Below, one piece after another: positions 13,172 to 26,083 of a stretch of 64,000 nucleotides of DNA. Every line of letters starts with the position of its first letter. The stretch's first letter is position 1. The notes below the pieces were generated by a model. That model was not told the DNA's origin and made no database searches. It saw only the letters and a program-made list of their open reading frames with translations. This stretch comes from Eledone cirrhosa (Eukaryota), in contig OZ024741.1 of assembly GCA_964016885.1 (NCBI GenBank), positions 14,756,001 through 14,820,000 of the forward strand. Direction: 5' to 3'. Both the position numbers and the translations under genes were made by a program.

Positions 13172-13372
13172 TATTAGAAAGTGAGGTTTTTTTTACAAAA
13201 TGAAAAATAACCGAGGTGTCCTACACGAGTGAAATTATATGGAAAAAAGATGAAATCGAAAATGCAACTGGAGTCTTTTGTTTAAAATATATTTATTTGC
13301 TTCCTTTACCGGTTTCTCAGTTCTTGTGCTTTTCAAAAGTAGAATTGAGATGGAGGATTTGTGGTTTTTCTC
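13172..13372 (-). mobile_element. Short PLE-end-like repeat with variant HHR (13303-13340); copy at 44173-44385
   Basis: Two near-identical copies flanked by (TA)n; TTGAAAA-stem II-GAAA-CCGG-TA-AAGG then AATAAA. Confidence 0.7.
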
Positions 13373-13406
<34 letters not shown>

Positions 13407-13409
13407 GTA

Positions 13410-13755
13410 GAAGTTATATTTAATTTGTTGGGATATAACAAACAAATATTTTTATAACTGATATAAAGCACTCAACAAATTATTGGAGTAAATATACAAT
13501 ATATTAACAAATGGAAACTATATTTATAAAATCATATTTATTTCATTATACATATTTCAAGGTCACCAAAGCACTATCCGGCAGCCTCCAACCGACATGG
13601 TCGCATTCTTTAAGGGTATGTCAATATTTGTTTATAAAACTGATCTATATTATATTTTATCTGATGAAAGCGCACCATAATTTGCTTTGGTGTCCTTGAA
13701 ATATGTATAATGAAATAAATATGGTTTTATAAATATAGTTTCCATTTGTTAATAT

Positions 13756-13763
<8 letters not shown>
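13410..13763. mobile_element. PLE-derived fold-back mini-element (arms about 13490-13570 / 13687-13763)
   Basis: Inverted arms, HHR on the plus strand, (TA)n flanks. Confidence 0.8.
13655..13715 (+). ncRNA. Type I hammerhead ribozyme, canonical core
   Basis: TTTTAT CTGATGA AAG-CGCACCA..TGGTGT-CCTT GAAA TATGTA TA ATGAAA. Confidence 0.8.
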
Positions 13764-13789
<26 letters not shown>

Positions 13790-13790
<1 letters not shown>

Positions 13791-13972
13791 ATTGTTTCTA
13801 CTTTAGGCACAAGGCCAGCAATTACCCAGTGCATTACTGGTACTTTATTTTATCGACCCCGTAAGGATGAAAGGCAAAGTCAACCTCGGCGGGATTTGAA
13901 CTCAGATCGTAAAGGGACGTAACTATGCTGGAAAGCATGGCGCCCAACCCTTACCGATACTGCCAATCCACC
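13790..13972 (-). mobile_element. tRNA-derived SINE with Nin/Deu-like domain; TSD ATATAGTAAT
   Basis: Contains GCCTTTCATCCTTACGGGGTCGATAAAATAAAGTACCAG; B-box-like GAGTTCAAATCC; direct repeats at 13783-13792 and 13973-13982. Confidence 0.9.
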
Positions 13973-14064
13973 ATATAGTAATAATAATAAATGTGAAGAC
14001 TAAAATCTAAAGAAGGCTCGATAAGGATAAATATATATCAAATATATAAGAACCCTAGAGCAAA

Positions 14065-14186
14065 TATTCATTAAAATAAGAGATTAAAGTTTAAGCAAAG
14101 AATCGCTGCTTTCACCCTGAGTTTCAGAAGATCCCGTGAAAGCAGCGATTCTTTGCTTAAACTTTAATCTCTTATTTTAATGAATA
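14065..14186. repeat. Perfect ~50-bp-arm inverted repeat (family also at 42288-42322 and 42770-42842)
   Basis: TATTCATTAAAATAAGAGATTAAAGTTTAAGCAAAGAATCGCTGCTTTCAC and its reverse complement. Confidence 0.9.
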
Positions 14187-14252
14187 GATGTGTGTGCGTA
14201 TGTGTGTGTAGCATGTGTGGTGATGTCAATGATGGAGACATTATTAAATACT

Positions 14253-14440
14253 GGCGGTGGATTGGGAGTATCGGTAGAGGGTCGGACGCCATGCTTTCCA
14301 GCATAGTTACGTCCCTTTACGATCTGAGTTCAAATCCCGCCGAGGTTGACTTTGCCTTTCATCCTTACGGGGTCGATAAAATAAAGTACCAGTAATGCAC
14401 TGGGTGATTGCTGGCCTTGTGCCTAAAGTAGAAACAATTA
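14253..14440 (+). mobile_element. tRNA-derived SINE with Nin/Deu-like domain; 15-bp TSD ATTATTAAATACTGG
   Basis: Near-identical to 13790-13972 in the opposite orientation; TSD at 14240-14254 and 14437-14451. Confidence 0.9.
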
Positions 14441-14619
14441 TTAAATACTGGTACATTGTTATTATGGCGGGTGCCATTATTGTTGCTATTGTGTTATTGG
14501 TGGTGGTGATGGTGATGGGGTGGGGTGGGGGGGGGTGGTAGAATTAGGAAGAAGAAAAGGACGAGGTAATGCTGGGAGTAATGATGTGTAACAAACAACT
14601 GAAGGATCAACAACTGTTG

Positions 14620-14903
14620 ACAGAGAGAGGGGGAGAGGGAGAGAGAGAGGGGGAGAGTGCGAGAGAGTGAGCATGAAAGGGAGAGGGATGGGGAAACGGA
14701 GAGAGAGAGAGTTAGAGGGAGAGAGAGAGAGGGGGTGAGAGTGGGAGAGAGTGAGAGAGTGAGAGAGTGAGCGTGAAAGGGGAGGAGAGTTGAGGAAACA
14801 GACAGAGAGAGAGAGGGGGAGTTGGAGGGAGAGAGAGAGAGCGAGTCAGTGTGAGAGTGGGAGAGAGAGAGAGTGAGAGAGAGAGAGTGTATGAGACAGT
14901 GGA

Positions 14904-14939
<36 letters not shown>

Positions 14940-15012
14940 CGAGAGTTGGAGAGAGAAAGAGAGAGAGAGTGTGATAGAGAGTAAGCGTGAAAGGGAGGGA
15001 GGATGAGGAAAC

Positions 15013-15043
<31 letters not shown>

Positions 15044-15100
15044 GGATTAGAGGGAGAGAGAGGGGAGCAGCTAGAGGGGAAGATTGAGAGAGAGTGAGAA
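14620..15100. repeat. Degenerate (GA)n polypurine tract
   Basis: Direct reading. Confidence 0.9.
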
Positions 15101-15425
15101 AGAAGAATGCTAGAACGGGAAGAATATTTATCAAATAACCATTTGCTTATTTCTGTAAATTGATGATGGCTATGGGGGTGTGGTGGGAAGAGGGGACAAC
15201 TATTTTTGAATTCACTACAACGCCCTCTCTGGGTCAGTGGCGAAAGCAACATTAGTTTTCCGGTTCAGTCACTCATTCGTTCATTCACTTAATTCGGTCT
15301 TTCTCTCTTTCTTTCTTTCTGTCTCACTCATAATTTATTTCTTATTTTGTGAATGTGTCTGATCTGACTATGTATGGATGTACGTATGGGGTATATATAT
15401 ATATATATTTACATGTGTGTGTGTA

Positions 15426-15482
<57 letters not shown>

Positions 15483-15512
15483 CCATACGTACATCCATAC
15501 ATACTCAGATCA

Positions 15513-15652
15513 GAATTAGCCATCGAAACGGCTTAAGCTCAGCCGTCGGGGTCCTACTTGTTCCTATTACCCACTCTACTACCCTAAGTATTGAGTACTT
15601 TGGTGCTTTGGTGCGTTATGGTCCATCTGATTCCTGACCACATTTCCTTCGT

Positions 15653-15655
<3 letters not shown>
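15513..15655 (+). mobile_element. Short PLE-end-like repeat carrying the 3' half of an HHR (copies at 32060-32262, 33052-33150, 35952-36106)
   Basis: Shared ...TAGCC(A/G)TCGAAACGG...GAGCTCAGCCGTCGGGGTC...GCGTTATGGTCCA...TTCGTTATA terminus abutting (TA)n. Confidence 0.7.
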
Positions 15656-15707
<52 letters not shown>

Positions 15708-15708
15708 A

Positions 15709-15770
<62 letters not shown>

Positions 15771-15774
<4 letters not shown>

Positions 15775-16583
15775 TAAACGGAATTGAAAATGCTGACAAA
15801 TTGTTCACAGTTGAAAAATAGTTTAATTAGGAATAAAAGAGTATTAGTGATTGTATGGGTTAGTATTCAGTTGTGGTTTTAAGTTTTTAAGTTTTTACCG
15901 GTTGCGCATTTCTAAATGCTTTTCAAAAATAATTTTGAGATAGAGTGTCCGTCCTGTTTGCTCTGATCTGATTAGTTTTGGGAATTCTACCTGTTTTTAT
16001 GTTAAAAAAGTGGCTCCAATTTGCAAAAATTCTTGTGGTCAAAACAATTTTGATTGGTCGGTAGAGGTCATGTGAATGTAAAAATTCGTTTTGCGCCAAG
16101 ACTGTTTTTATGTTAAAAAAGTGGCTCCAGCAAAAATTCTTGTGGTCAAAACAATTTTGATTGGTTTTTATTCACATGACCTCTACCGACCAATCAAAAT
16201 TGTTTTGACCACAAGAATTTTTGCCGGAGCCACTTTTTTAACATAAAAACAGTCTTGGCGCAAAACGAATTTTTACATTCACATGACCTCTACCGACCAA
16301 TCAAAATTGTTTTGACCACAAGAATTTTTGCAAATTGGAGCCACTTTTTTAACATAAAAACAGGTAGAATTCCCAAAACTAATCAGATCAGAGCAAACAG
16401 GACGGACACTCTATCTCAAAATTATTTTTGAAAAGCATTTAGAAATGCGCAACCGGTAAAAACTTAAAAACTTAAAACCACAACTGAATACTAACCCATA
16501 CAATCACTAATACTCTTTTATTCCTAATTAAACCATTTTTCAACTGTGAACAATTTGTCAGCATTTTCTATTCCGTTTACCAA
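15771..16583. repeat. ~810-bp near-perfect palindrome (~395-bp arms) with HHR-like motif in each arm
   Basis: 15771-16165 is the reverse complement of about 16186-16583 with few mismatches; internal ~60-bp duplication; motif TTGAAAA-GCATTT-AG-AAATGC-GCAA-CCGG-TA at 16424-16462 and 15892-15930. Confidence 0.9.
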
Positions 16584-16636
16584 TATATAATAACTTGTGT
16601 GTTACACCTCTATTCTTTTAACTATATATATATATA

Positions 16637-16722
<86 letters not shown>

Positions 16723-17625
16723 TATATATATATACGCATATATACATACATATATATATATATACATATGTATGGGTATGTGTGTGCTCGATTTTATATT
16801 GCGTACACACACACAGACGCACGCATAAACACACATGCACACATATATATGTGTGCATGTGTGTCTATGCTCGAAAAATGTTGCCCTTGCCTGGCATAGA
16901 CAGACAGGTTTTTACGTTAGGAGTCTTGATCTATCAGGGGAATAAGTGTTGTTAATACGTTCCATTTCGAGGATTAGTTTCTACGAGTAGGTGACATTCC
17001 TATCGCCAAACATGTTCCAATGTGTACTGGGGCATTTTATCTTGAAGCTAACACGGGCAACTTAGATGATGTGTTGGGTGTTTTATTGACTTAACAGCGG
17101 CACTATCTCTTAACTTCCCTGGATGAATTTCGGTGTTATATATATATATACATATATAACACCGCTTGTGTATAAAACTATGGATTATATACAACTTTCT
17201 ACATAACCTGGAAATCATTTATCCCAAATTGTAGAAATCTCATAACGAAGCGGCCGTCTGGAAGGAAAGAGATATTTAATAATGTCTCATATATAATAAT
17301 ACAACCAGCTATCCACGAAATACTGATTAGTTAGCACCCGAAACACTAAATTGGGAGAATACTTAGGTATATCCTACTGTTTGTTGAGTGAGATGGAGTT
17401 GGTCGAAGGCTTTCTCTGTTTATGTATTGTATATATATAGATATGTGTGTGTTTGTGCGCGTGTGTGTGTGTGTGTGTGCGTGTCTGTGCGTGTGTCAAT
17501 GTATGTGTGCATAGCAAATTAAATAACAGCTAATATAATGTAAAACAGGAAGTAAATGGATCTCCGTCGGTTGTGTGAATGCGTGATCAAATTGTCCGAT
17601 CCACGTTACAGCCCTCTCATTTTAC

Positions 17626-18168
17626 CAGGGGATTCCAACCCTTTTTTGCATCATCGCCCAGTTTCACATAGAAAGGCTTCCACAACTCACCTGTATAATA
17701 AATATTCAAAAACATAGCAAAAATATTTGGTAAAAGTTTGTTATTCCCATTTAGCCGGCTGATTTCTTTACAGGTTCTTTGTCTATCTCCTTTGAATATT
17801 TGTTTTCGGGTAGTATATGTTGAAATACCTTCCTAATACTCAATCAAAATCCTATATCGTCCACCAATATTTCCATTCATCCACCATTTTCGTTTCAGTT
17901 GCTCATCACCCACCCAACAGTTGAAATCACCCTCCGGTGCGAGATATCAGACAACGGTGCGAGATATCAGCCAACAGTGCGAGATATCACCCACTGGTGA
18001 GAGATATCACCCACCGGTGCGAGATATCACCCTCCGGTGCGAGATATCAGCCAACGGTGCGAGATATCAGCCAACGGTGCGAGATATCAGCCAACGGTGC
18101 GAGATAACACCCACCGGTGAGAGACATCACTCACCGATGCGAGATATCACTCAGGTTGGGAAACCCTG
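17626..18168. mobile_element. Non-autonomous hAT (Charlie-like) element
   Basis: Imperfect TIRs CAGGGGATTCCAACC / GGTTGGGAAACCCTG; no 8-bp TSD recognisable. Confidence 0.6.
17927..18150. repeat. 20-bp minisatellite (GAGATATCA(C/G)CCA(A/C)CGGTGC) x11
   Basis: Exact 20-bp period from 17941 to 18141. Confidence 0.95.
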
Positions 18169-18781
18169 CGTTAAGTTGTCAATAGCTAAGTATTCCACAA
18201 ATATCCCATGAATTTATAACATAATTTGTCATGTAGCTACTTTGCGACACAGTATGTGATTCGGATTGACTTTTGAATTACAGGTAGATTCCATCAGATG
18301 GGCTTTCAGACAGATTTATTCTACTTAATTTGACTCACAATGTTCTACTCGAGACTAAAGTAAGAAAAAACAGATGTCCAAACTACTATACAGTGAGTTC
18401 GAACCCGTAGCCTACGATTGCAAAACAAATGGAATAACCCTTCGCTTATACAACATCACTGGAGGTATCTGACTTCAATTTCAGTCTTCTGATTTCTCCA
18501 GAAATGACACAACAATATAATTTAAAGACATTGTTTGTAAGAAATTTCTAGGAAAGAACATTGGTTTATTTTTTTTAAATAAAATGTCATTGCTTAGAAG
18601 CTGAGAAAAAAAGTATTAAAAAATAGAATTCAAATTTTAAGAATATCTAAATTATTTATCAGGAAAACTAACAAGACGTACATGAATGCATATACAATAT
18701 GTTTATATATAATAAACATACAGGAGTCTTGCTAGGTATATTCTAATGTATGATCATGTCACAATTACCCTAGTGTATAAT

Positions 18782-18967
18782 AATTGTTTCTACCTTTGGC
18801 ACATTGCCAGCAATTATCCCAGTGTATTACTGTTACTTTATTTTATCGACCCCGTAAGAATGAAAGGCAAAGTTAACCTCGGCGGGATTTGAACTCAGAA
18901 TGGCAAAGGCTGTAACTCTATGCACCAAATCATGGCGTCCGTCCCTCTACCGATACTGCCAATCCAC
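18782..18967 (-). mobile_element. Nin/Deu-domain SINE copy
   Basis: Homologous to 13790-13972. Confidence 0.9.
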
Positions 18968-19215
18968 AAATAATATACATTTTATATCTTTAATAGGGAG
19001 AAATTCTATGAGAAATAACAATGGAAGAGGAAAAGAAAAAATGGTTTTGAATATATGCAAATAGCAATAGTATATCTTTATATAATACTCTACTTTGTAT
19101 TGAGTACTTTATAACTCTTGTTTGTATATTAGTAAAATCTCTCTCACTCCTCTCTCTTTCTCTCCTTCTCTCTCTTTCTCTCTTTCTCTCTTTCTCTCTT
19201 TCTTGTGCTGTGTAC

Positions 19216-19307
<92 letters not shown>

Positions 19308-19778
19308 ATTATTATCAGAAACAATTATTATCATCATTATTGTTGTTATTGATGTTGATGTTGTTATTGTTGTTATGTGAATGAGGAGGATCGTAATATT
19401 AATGAAATTAAAGCTAATATTAAATTTAATGACATTATTAATGTCAACAACAACAAAAACAACAACAATTATTGTTATTGTTGTTGTTGTTGTTGTTGTT
19501 GTTATTGTTGTTATTTTATTATTGGAAATGGAGAAAAAAGAGGTTAAAGATTGATGGAATTCTGAGAAAGAAGAGAAGGAATGAAATTAATGGCTGATTG
19601 AAATAGAACGAAAGAGGGAAAGAAAGAATAATGAATGAAAGAAAGTAGGTTTTGTGGGTGGTGGTGGGAGTAGAATGGTGGTGTGAGGGGGAGGCCTGAT
19701 ATTTGGTGATAAGCCAATCAGTTGTAGACTGGACTGTAAACAGAGCTAAACATAGACAGAGAACATACTGACAGTTGA

Positions 19779-19829
19779 TACAACAACAACAACCACTGCA
19801 ACAACAACAACAACAACAACAACAACTGC

Positions 19830-19880
<51 letters not shown>

Positions 19881-20399
19881 AACAACCACTGCAACAACAA
19901 CAACAACAACAACAACAACTACAACAACAACAACGGCAACAACAACAACACCAACAACAACACCACCAACACCACCAACAACAACACCACCAACAACACC
20001 AACAACAACAACGGCAACAACAACAACACCACCAACAACACCAACAACAACACCACCAACAACACCAACAACAACACCACCACCACCAACAACAACAACA
20101 ACACCAACAACATCAACAAAACCAACACCACCAACAACACCAACAACACCACCAACAACAACACCAGCAACAACACCAACAGCACCACCAACAACACCAA
20201 CAACAACACCAACAACAACACCAACAACAACACCAACAAAAACACCACCAACAACAACACCACCAACAACAACACCAGCAACAACACCAACAGCACCACC
20301 AACAACACCAACAACAACAACAACGCCAACAACATCAACAACACCAACAACAACAACAACAACACCAACAACAACACCAACAACATCAACAACACCACC

Positions 20400-20457
<58 letters not shown>

Positions 20458-22458
20458 CCACCAACAACAACACCAACAACAACACCACCAACAACAACAA
20501 CACCACCAACAACAACACCAACAACACCAACAACATCAACAACACCAACAACATCAACACCACCAACAACAACAACACCAACAACATCAACAACACCAAC
20601 ACCAACAACAACAGCAACAACACCAACAACATCAACAACACCAACAACAACAACACCAACAACAACACCAACAACAACACCAACAACAACACCACCACCA
20701 ACAACAACAACAACAACACCAACAACACCAACAACAACAACACCAACAACAACACCAACAACACCAACAACAACAACAACACCAACAACAACACCAACAA
20801 CAACACCAACAACAACACCAACAACAACACCACCAACAACAACAACACAAACAACAACAACACCAACAACAACAACACCAACAACACCAACAACAACAAC
20901 ACCAACAACAACACCAACAACACCACCAACAACAACAACACCAACAACAACACCAACAACAACACCACCAACAACAACACCACCAACAACAACAACACCA
21001 ACAACAACAACACCAACAACAACAACACCAACAACACCAACAACACCAACAACAACAACACCAACAACACCAACAACACCAACAACACCAACAACAACAC
21101 CAACAACAATACCACCAACAACAACACCACCAACAACAACACCACCAACAACAACAACACCAACAACAACACCAACAACAACAACACCACCAACAACAAC
21201 AACACCAACAACAACAACAACAACAACACCAACAACAACAACAACAACACCAACAACACCAACAACAACAACACCAACAACACCAACAACAACAACACCA
21301 ACAACAACACCAACAACACCAACAACAACAACAACAACAACAACAACACCACCAACAACAACAACACCAACAACAACAACACCAACAACAACAACACCAA
21401 CAACACCAACAACATCAACAACACCAACAACATCAACACCACCAACAACAACAACACCAACAACAACACCAACAACAACACCAACAACAACACCACCAAC
21501 AACAACAACACCAACAACAACACCAACAACACCAACAACATCAACAACACCAACAACATCAACACCACCAACAACAACAACACCAACAACAACACCAACA
21601 ACAACACCAACAACAACAACACCAACAACAATAACACCAACAACACCAACAACATCAACAACACCAACAACATCAACACCACCAACAACAACACCAACAA
21701 CACCAACAACAACAACACCACCAACAACACCAACAACACCAACAACAACAACACCACCAACAACACCAACAACAACAACACCACCAACAACACCAACAAC
21801 AACACCACCAACAACAACAACAACACCACCAACAACACCAACAACACCAACAACAACAACACCACCAACAACACCACCAACAACACCAACAACAACAACA
21901 CCACCAACAACACCAACAACAACACCACCACCAACACCAACAACACCAACAACATCAACAACACCAACAACATCAACACCACCAACAACAACACCAACAA
22001 CACCAACAACAACAACACCACCAACAACACCAACAACAACACCACCACCAACAACAACAACAACAACACCACCAACAACACCAACAACAACACCACCACC
22101 AACAACAACAACAACACCACCAACAACACCAACAACATCAACACCACCAACAACAACACCAACAACACCAACAACAACAACACCACCAACAACACCAACA
22201 ACAACACCACCACCAACAACAACAACAACAACACCACCAACAACAACACCAACAACACCAACAACAACACCATCAACAACAACAACACCAACAACAACAA
22301 CACCAACAACACCACCAACAACACCACCAACAACAACACCACCAACCACAACACCAACAACACCAACAACAACACCACCAACAACAACAACACCAACAAC
22401 AACAACACCAACAACACCACCAACAACAACACCAACAACACCAGCAACAACATCATCA
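19779..22458. repeat. 2.7-kb in-phase (ACA/CCA)n trinucleotide expansion
   Basis: Phase unbroken, as shown by the 939- and 846-aa repeat ORFs; recurrent TCA-containing blocks imply segmental amplification. Confidence 0.95.
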
Positions 22459-22799
22459 ATATCTTTCCAAATCATCTTAAAATAGGAAAGCCATATTAGA
22501 CAACATTGTGAGATGAAAGCCAGGATGGTCACGGCTGGAATACATTGATCTGCTGGACCCGGCACTGACCTGACCTAGGGTTGAACAATTAACAAACAAC
22601 AACAATAACAATAACAGGTTTCTCCATCTCCTCACACGTGACTTAACTAAGTCATCATCATAAACAACATCATCATCATCATCTTCAACTTCTCATATTG
22701 TTGCTGCTGCTCCTGCTGCTGCTGCTGGTGCAGGTTTTTGTCTTGATGATGATGTGAAGGAGAGGGGGAAGAGGAGGAGAAGGATGATAGAGATTATTA

Positions 22800-23026
22800 T
22801 TAAGATGATGGTGATGATGATGATGATGGGAGAAGGGGGAGAATGATAATAATGGTTATAATAATTATGATGATGATGGTGATGATGATGGTGATGGTGA
22901 TGATGATGATGATGTTGATGATGATGATGGTGATGGTGATGATGGTGATGGTGATGGTGATGATGATGGTGATGATGATGGTGATGGTGATGATGATGAT
23001 GATGGTGGTGATGATGGTTGTGGTGA

Positions 23027-23057
<31 letters not shown>

Positions 23058-23156
23058 GATGGTGATGGTGATGATGATGATGATGTCTAGGATTTCCACA
23101 GAGGCCCACATTGTTGGTTAGGCGTGGGAGTAGAATGTATTGGAAAACCTAAGACG

Positions 23157-23193
<37 letters not shown>

Positions 23194-23330
23194 GCAGCAG
23201 CATCAACAACAACAATAACAACAACAACAACAGCAGCAACAGTAGTGTCATACATTAGTCACGCGAACTACCGAAAACAGGAAAACCCCGAAAATACAAG
23301 ATACATGAAACAAGACAACATACATACAGT

Positions 23331-23385
<55 letters not shown>

Positions 23386-23402
23386 CCAACAGCAGCAGCG
23401 GC

Positions 23403-23433
<31 letters not shown>

Positions 23434-23913
23434 CCAACAGCAGCAGCGGCAACAACAACAACAACAACAACAACAAGAACAATAACAGCATCAACAACAA
23501 AAACAACAAAAACATCAACAACAAAAACATCAACAACATGAACAATTACAACAACAAGAACAAAACAACTACAACAACAAACATATAATTGTTTCTTATA
23601 TGATAATAATATTAACTAGAAAGAACATTTCACCAAAATTGCATTAACAGCAAATATTTATAGGAACGCCATTTTTACCCCAACCCCACCTCGCATTACC
23701 ACCACCACCACCACTATTATTATCAACATCATCAACAACAACATCTCATTCCTCAACAACAACAATACATACAACAACTACATTAGCAAGAATAACAACT
23801 CTATAGTTGTCTTCCACACGAAATAAATAATAATTGTAATGGCGACCACAAAAGAAGTTTTAAAAGAAAAAAGGAAAAAGTATATTAAAAAGAAACAATA
23901 AAAATAAAATCGG

Positions 23914-23947
<34 letters not shown>

Positions 23948-24390
23948 AACAATAACAAACATTGCTGTATTTATCCTCTTAGCTCCACCACAGCTACTGC
24001 CTCCTCCCCTCCTCACTATCATATAACAACAATAACAACAATAATAACAGCAACAATAACAACAGCAGCAACAATAACAGCAACAACAATAACAGCAATA
24101 ATAACAACAACAACAACGACAACAATAACAACAACAATAACAACAACAGAAACAACAACAACAATAACAGCAACAACAATAATAGCAATAACAACAACAA
24201 TAACATCAGCAATAACAACAACAACAACAACAACACTAACACCAACAACAATAACAACAATAGCAACAATAAGAGCAGCAACAATAACAACAGCAGTAAC
24301 AATAACAGCAACAACAATAATAGCAAAAACAACAACAATAACATCAGCAACAACAACAACAGTAACAACAACAACAGTAACAACAACAAT
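22800..24390. repeat. (GAT/GGT)n, (AAC)n and (AAC/AAT/AGC)n tracts separated by short unique islands
   Basis: Direct reading. Confidence 0.9.
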
Positions 24391-24827
24391 ATTAAGTGTA
24401 GACGCTCGACAAAGCAGAACATTAACAATTATTATTAATTATAATAACAACAATGGCGATGATATCACAAACACACACACTTCCTGTGATGTGGCTTGAA
24501 ACACCGGAAATGTTAATATCTGATAATCTTGTTTCTTCTTCGTGTTGTTACTGTTGTTGTAGTTTGTTATTATTATTATTATTATTGTTGTTGTCGTTGT
24601 TGTTGAGGATGCTGTTGTTGTTGTAGTTGTTGCTGCTGTGGTTAATGCTGTTGTAGTTGGCGACGATGATGGTGTTGCTGATGTCGTTGTTTTTGTACTT
24701 GAAGTTGCGGTTGGCTGTGATGTGGCTTCCACTTATTTACTACTTGAGGGTGATGTAGGTATGCAAGTATCTATGTGTGTGTATCTATGGATGTATGTAA
24801 ATACGTAGGTTTCTATATATGTATATA

Positions 24828-25169
24828 TCATCATCATCATCATTTCATTTTTACGTCCGCTTTTCCCTGCTTGCAAGGGTGGGACGGGAACTGATTCTGG
24901 CTTGATTTCTACAGCTGGATGCCCTTCCTAACACCAACCTCATTTACAGTGAGTGCTGGGTGCTTTTTTGCCGTGGCACCTCCACGACAACTTTGCAGTG
25001 GAATGATAGGGACCCCAGTCCCTATCATCTCATTTCTACAGCTGAGTAAACTGGAGCAATGTGAAATAAAGTGTCTTGCTCAAGGAAACAACACATCACT
25101 CGGTCTGAGAATTGAACTCAAAACCTTTCGATTGCAAGCCCAATGCTCTAACCACTAAGCCATGTGCCT
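24828..25169 (-). mobile_element. tRNA-derived SINE with GGAAGGGCATCCAGC...GCGGACGTAAAA(TGA)n tail
   Basis: Head and body near-identical to 11935-12101; tail related to the 63435-63480 fragment. Confidence 0.85.
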
Positions 25170-25232
25170 ATATATATATACATATATATATATATATGTG
25201 TGTGTATGTATGTATATATATATATATATATG

Positions 25233-25332
<100 letters not shown>

Positions 25333-25476
25333 TGTATGTATATATACATATATATATGTGCGTGTGTGTGTGTGTGTGTATGTATGTATATATATATATA
25401 TATATATATAAATTGAAAGGTATAGAAAACATTGTAGCGAAAAGCCAACAGTATTCCATAATATATAATATATATA

Positions 25477-25974
25477 AAATACGTAGTTTAGAAAACCACA
25501 ACAATGCAGAGGGAAATCTCGAGGTAGGAAGTGAATGATAGATAGGAAAATAGGAGAAAGTGAAAATTGAGAGACAAAGATGAAAACAAAACAAAGGTAG
25601 AAGGGTTACCGTAGTGGAGATTTAATCCCAATATTTCGGGCTCACGCCCACCAACGGGGGAAAGTTCCAAAAGGGGGGGAACAGGCTAAGCCGGAGAAAG
25701 TTGTGATGTCGTTAAAACAGGAATGCCGTAACGGCATTCCTGTTTTAACGACATCACAACTTTCTCCGGCTTAGCCCTTTTGGAACTTTCCCCCGTTGGT
25801 GGGCGTGAGCCCGAAATATTGGGATTAAATCTCCACTACGGTAACCCTTCTACCTTTGTTTTGTTTTCATCTTTGTCTCTCAATTTTCACTTTCTCCTAT
25901 TTTCCTATCTATCATTCACTTCCTACCTCGAGATTTCCCTCTGCATTGTTGTGGCTTTCTAAACTACGTATTTT
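25477..25974. repeat. ~500-bp palindrome (centre 25730) with variant HHR-like motif in each arm
   Basis: Arms are reverse complements except for a 9-nt indel and a few substitutions; homologous to 47575-47825. Confidence 0.9.
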
Positions 25975-26013
25975 ACACATTTCACAATGCTTCAAGCAAA
26001 CTTTAACACCCTC

Positions 26014-26081
<68 letters not shown>

Positions 26082-26083
<2 letters not shown>

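Noticed and set aside
19746-22565. 939-aa Val/Gly membrane or elastin-like protein
   Set aside because: Antisense reading of the triplet expansion; non-ATG start in unrelated flank.
25488-25962. Duplicated 60-aa ORF MELSPVGGREPE...
   Set aside because: Consequence of the palindrome; TTG start, no recognisable protein.
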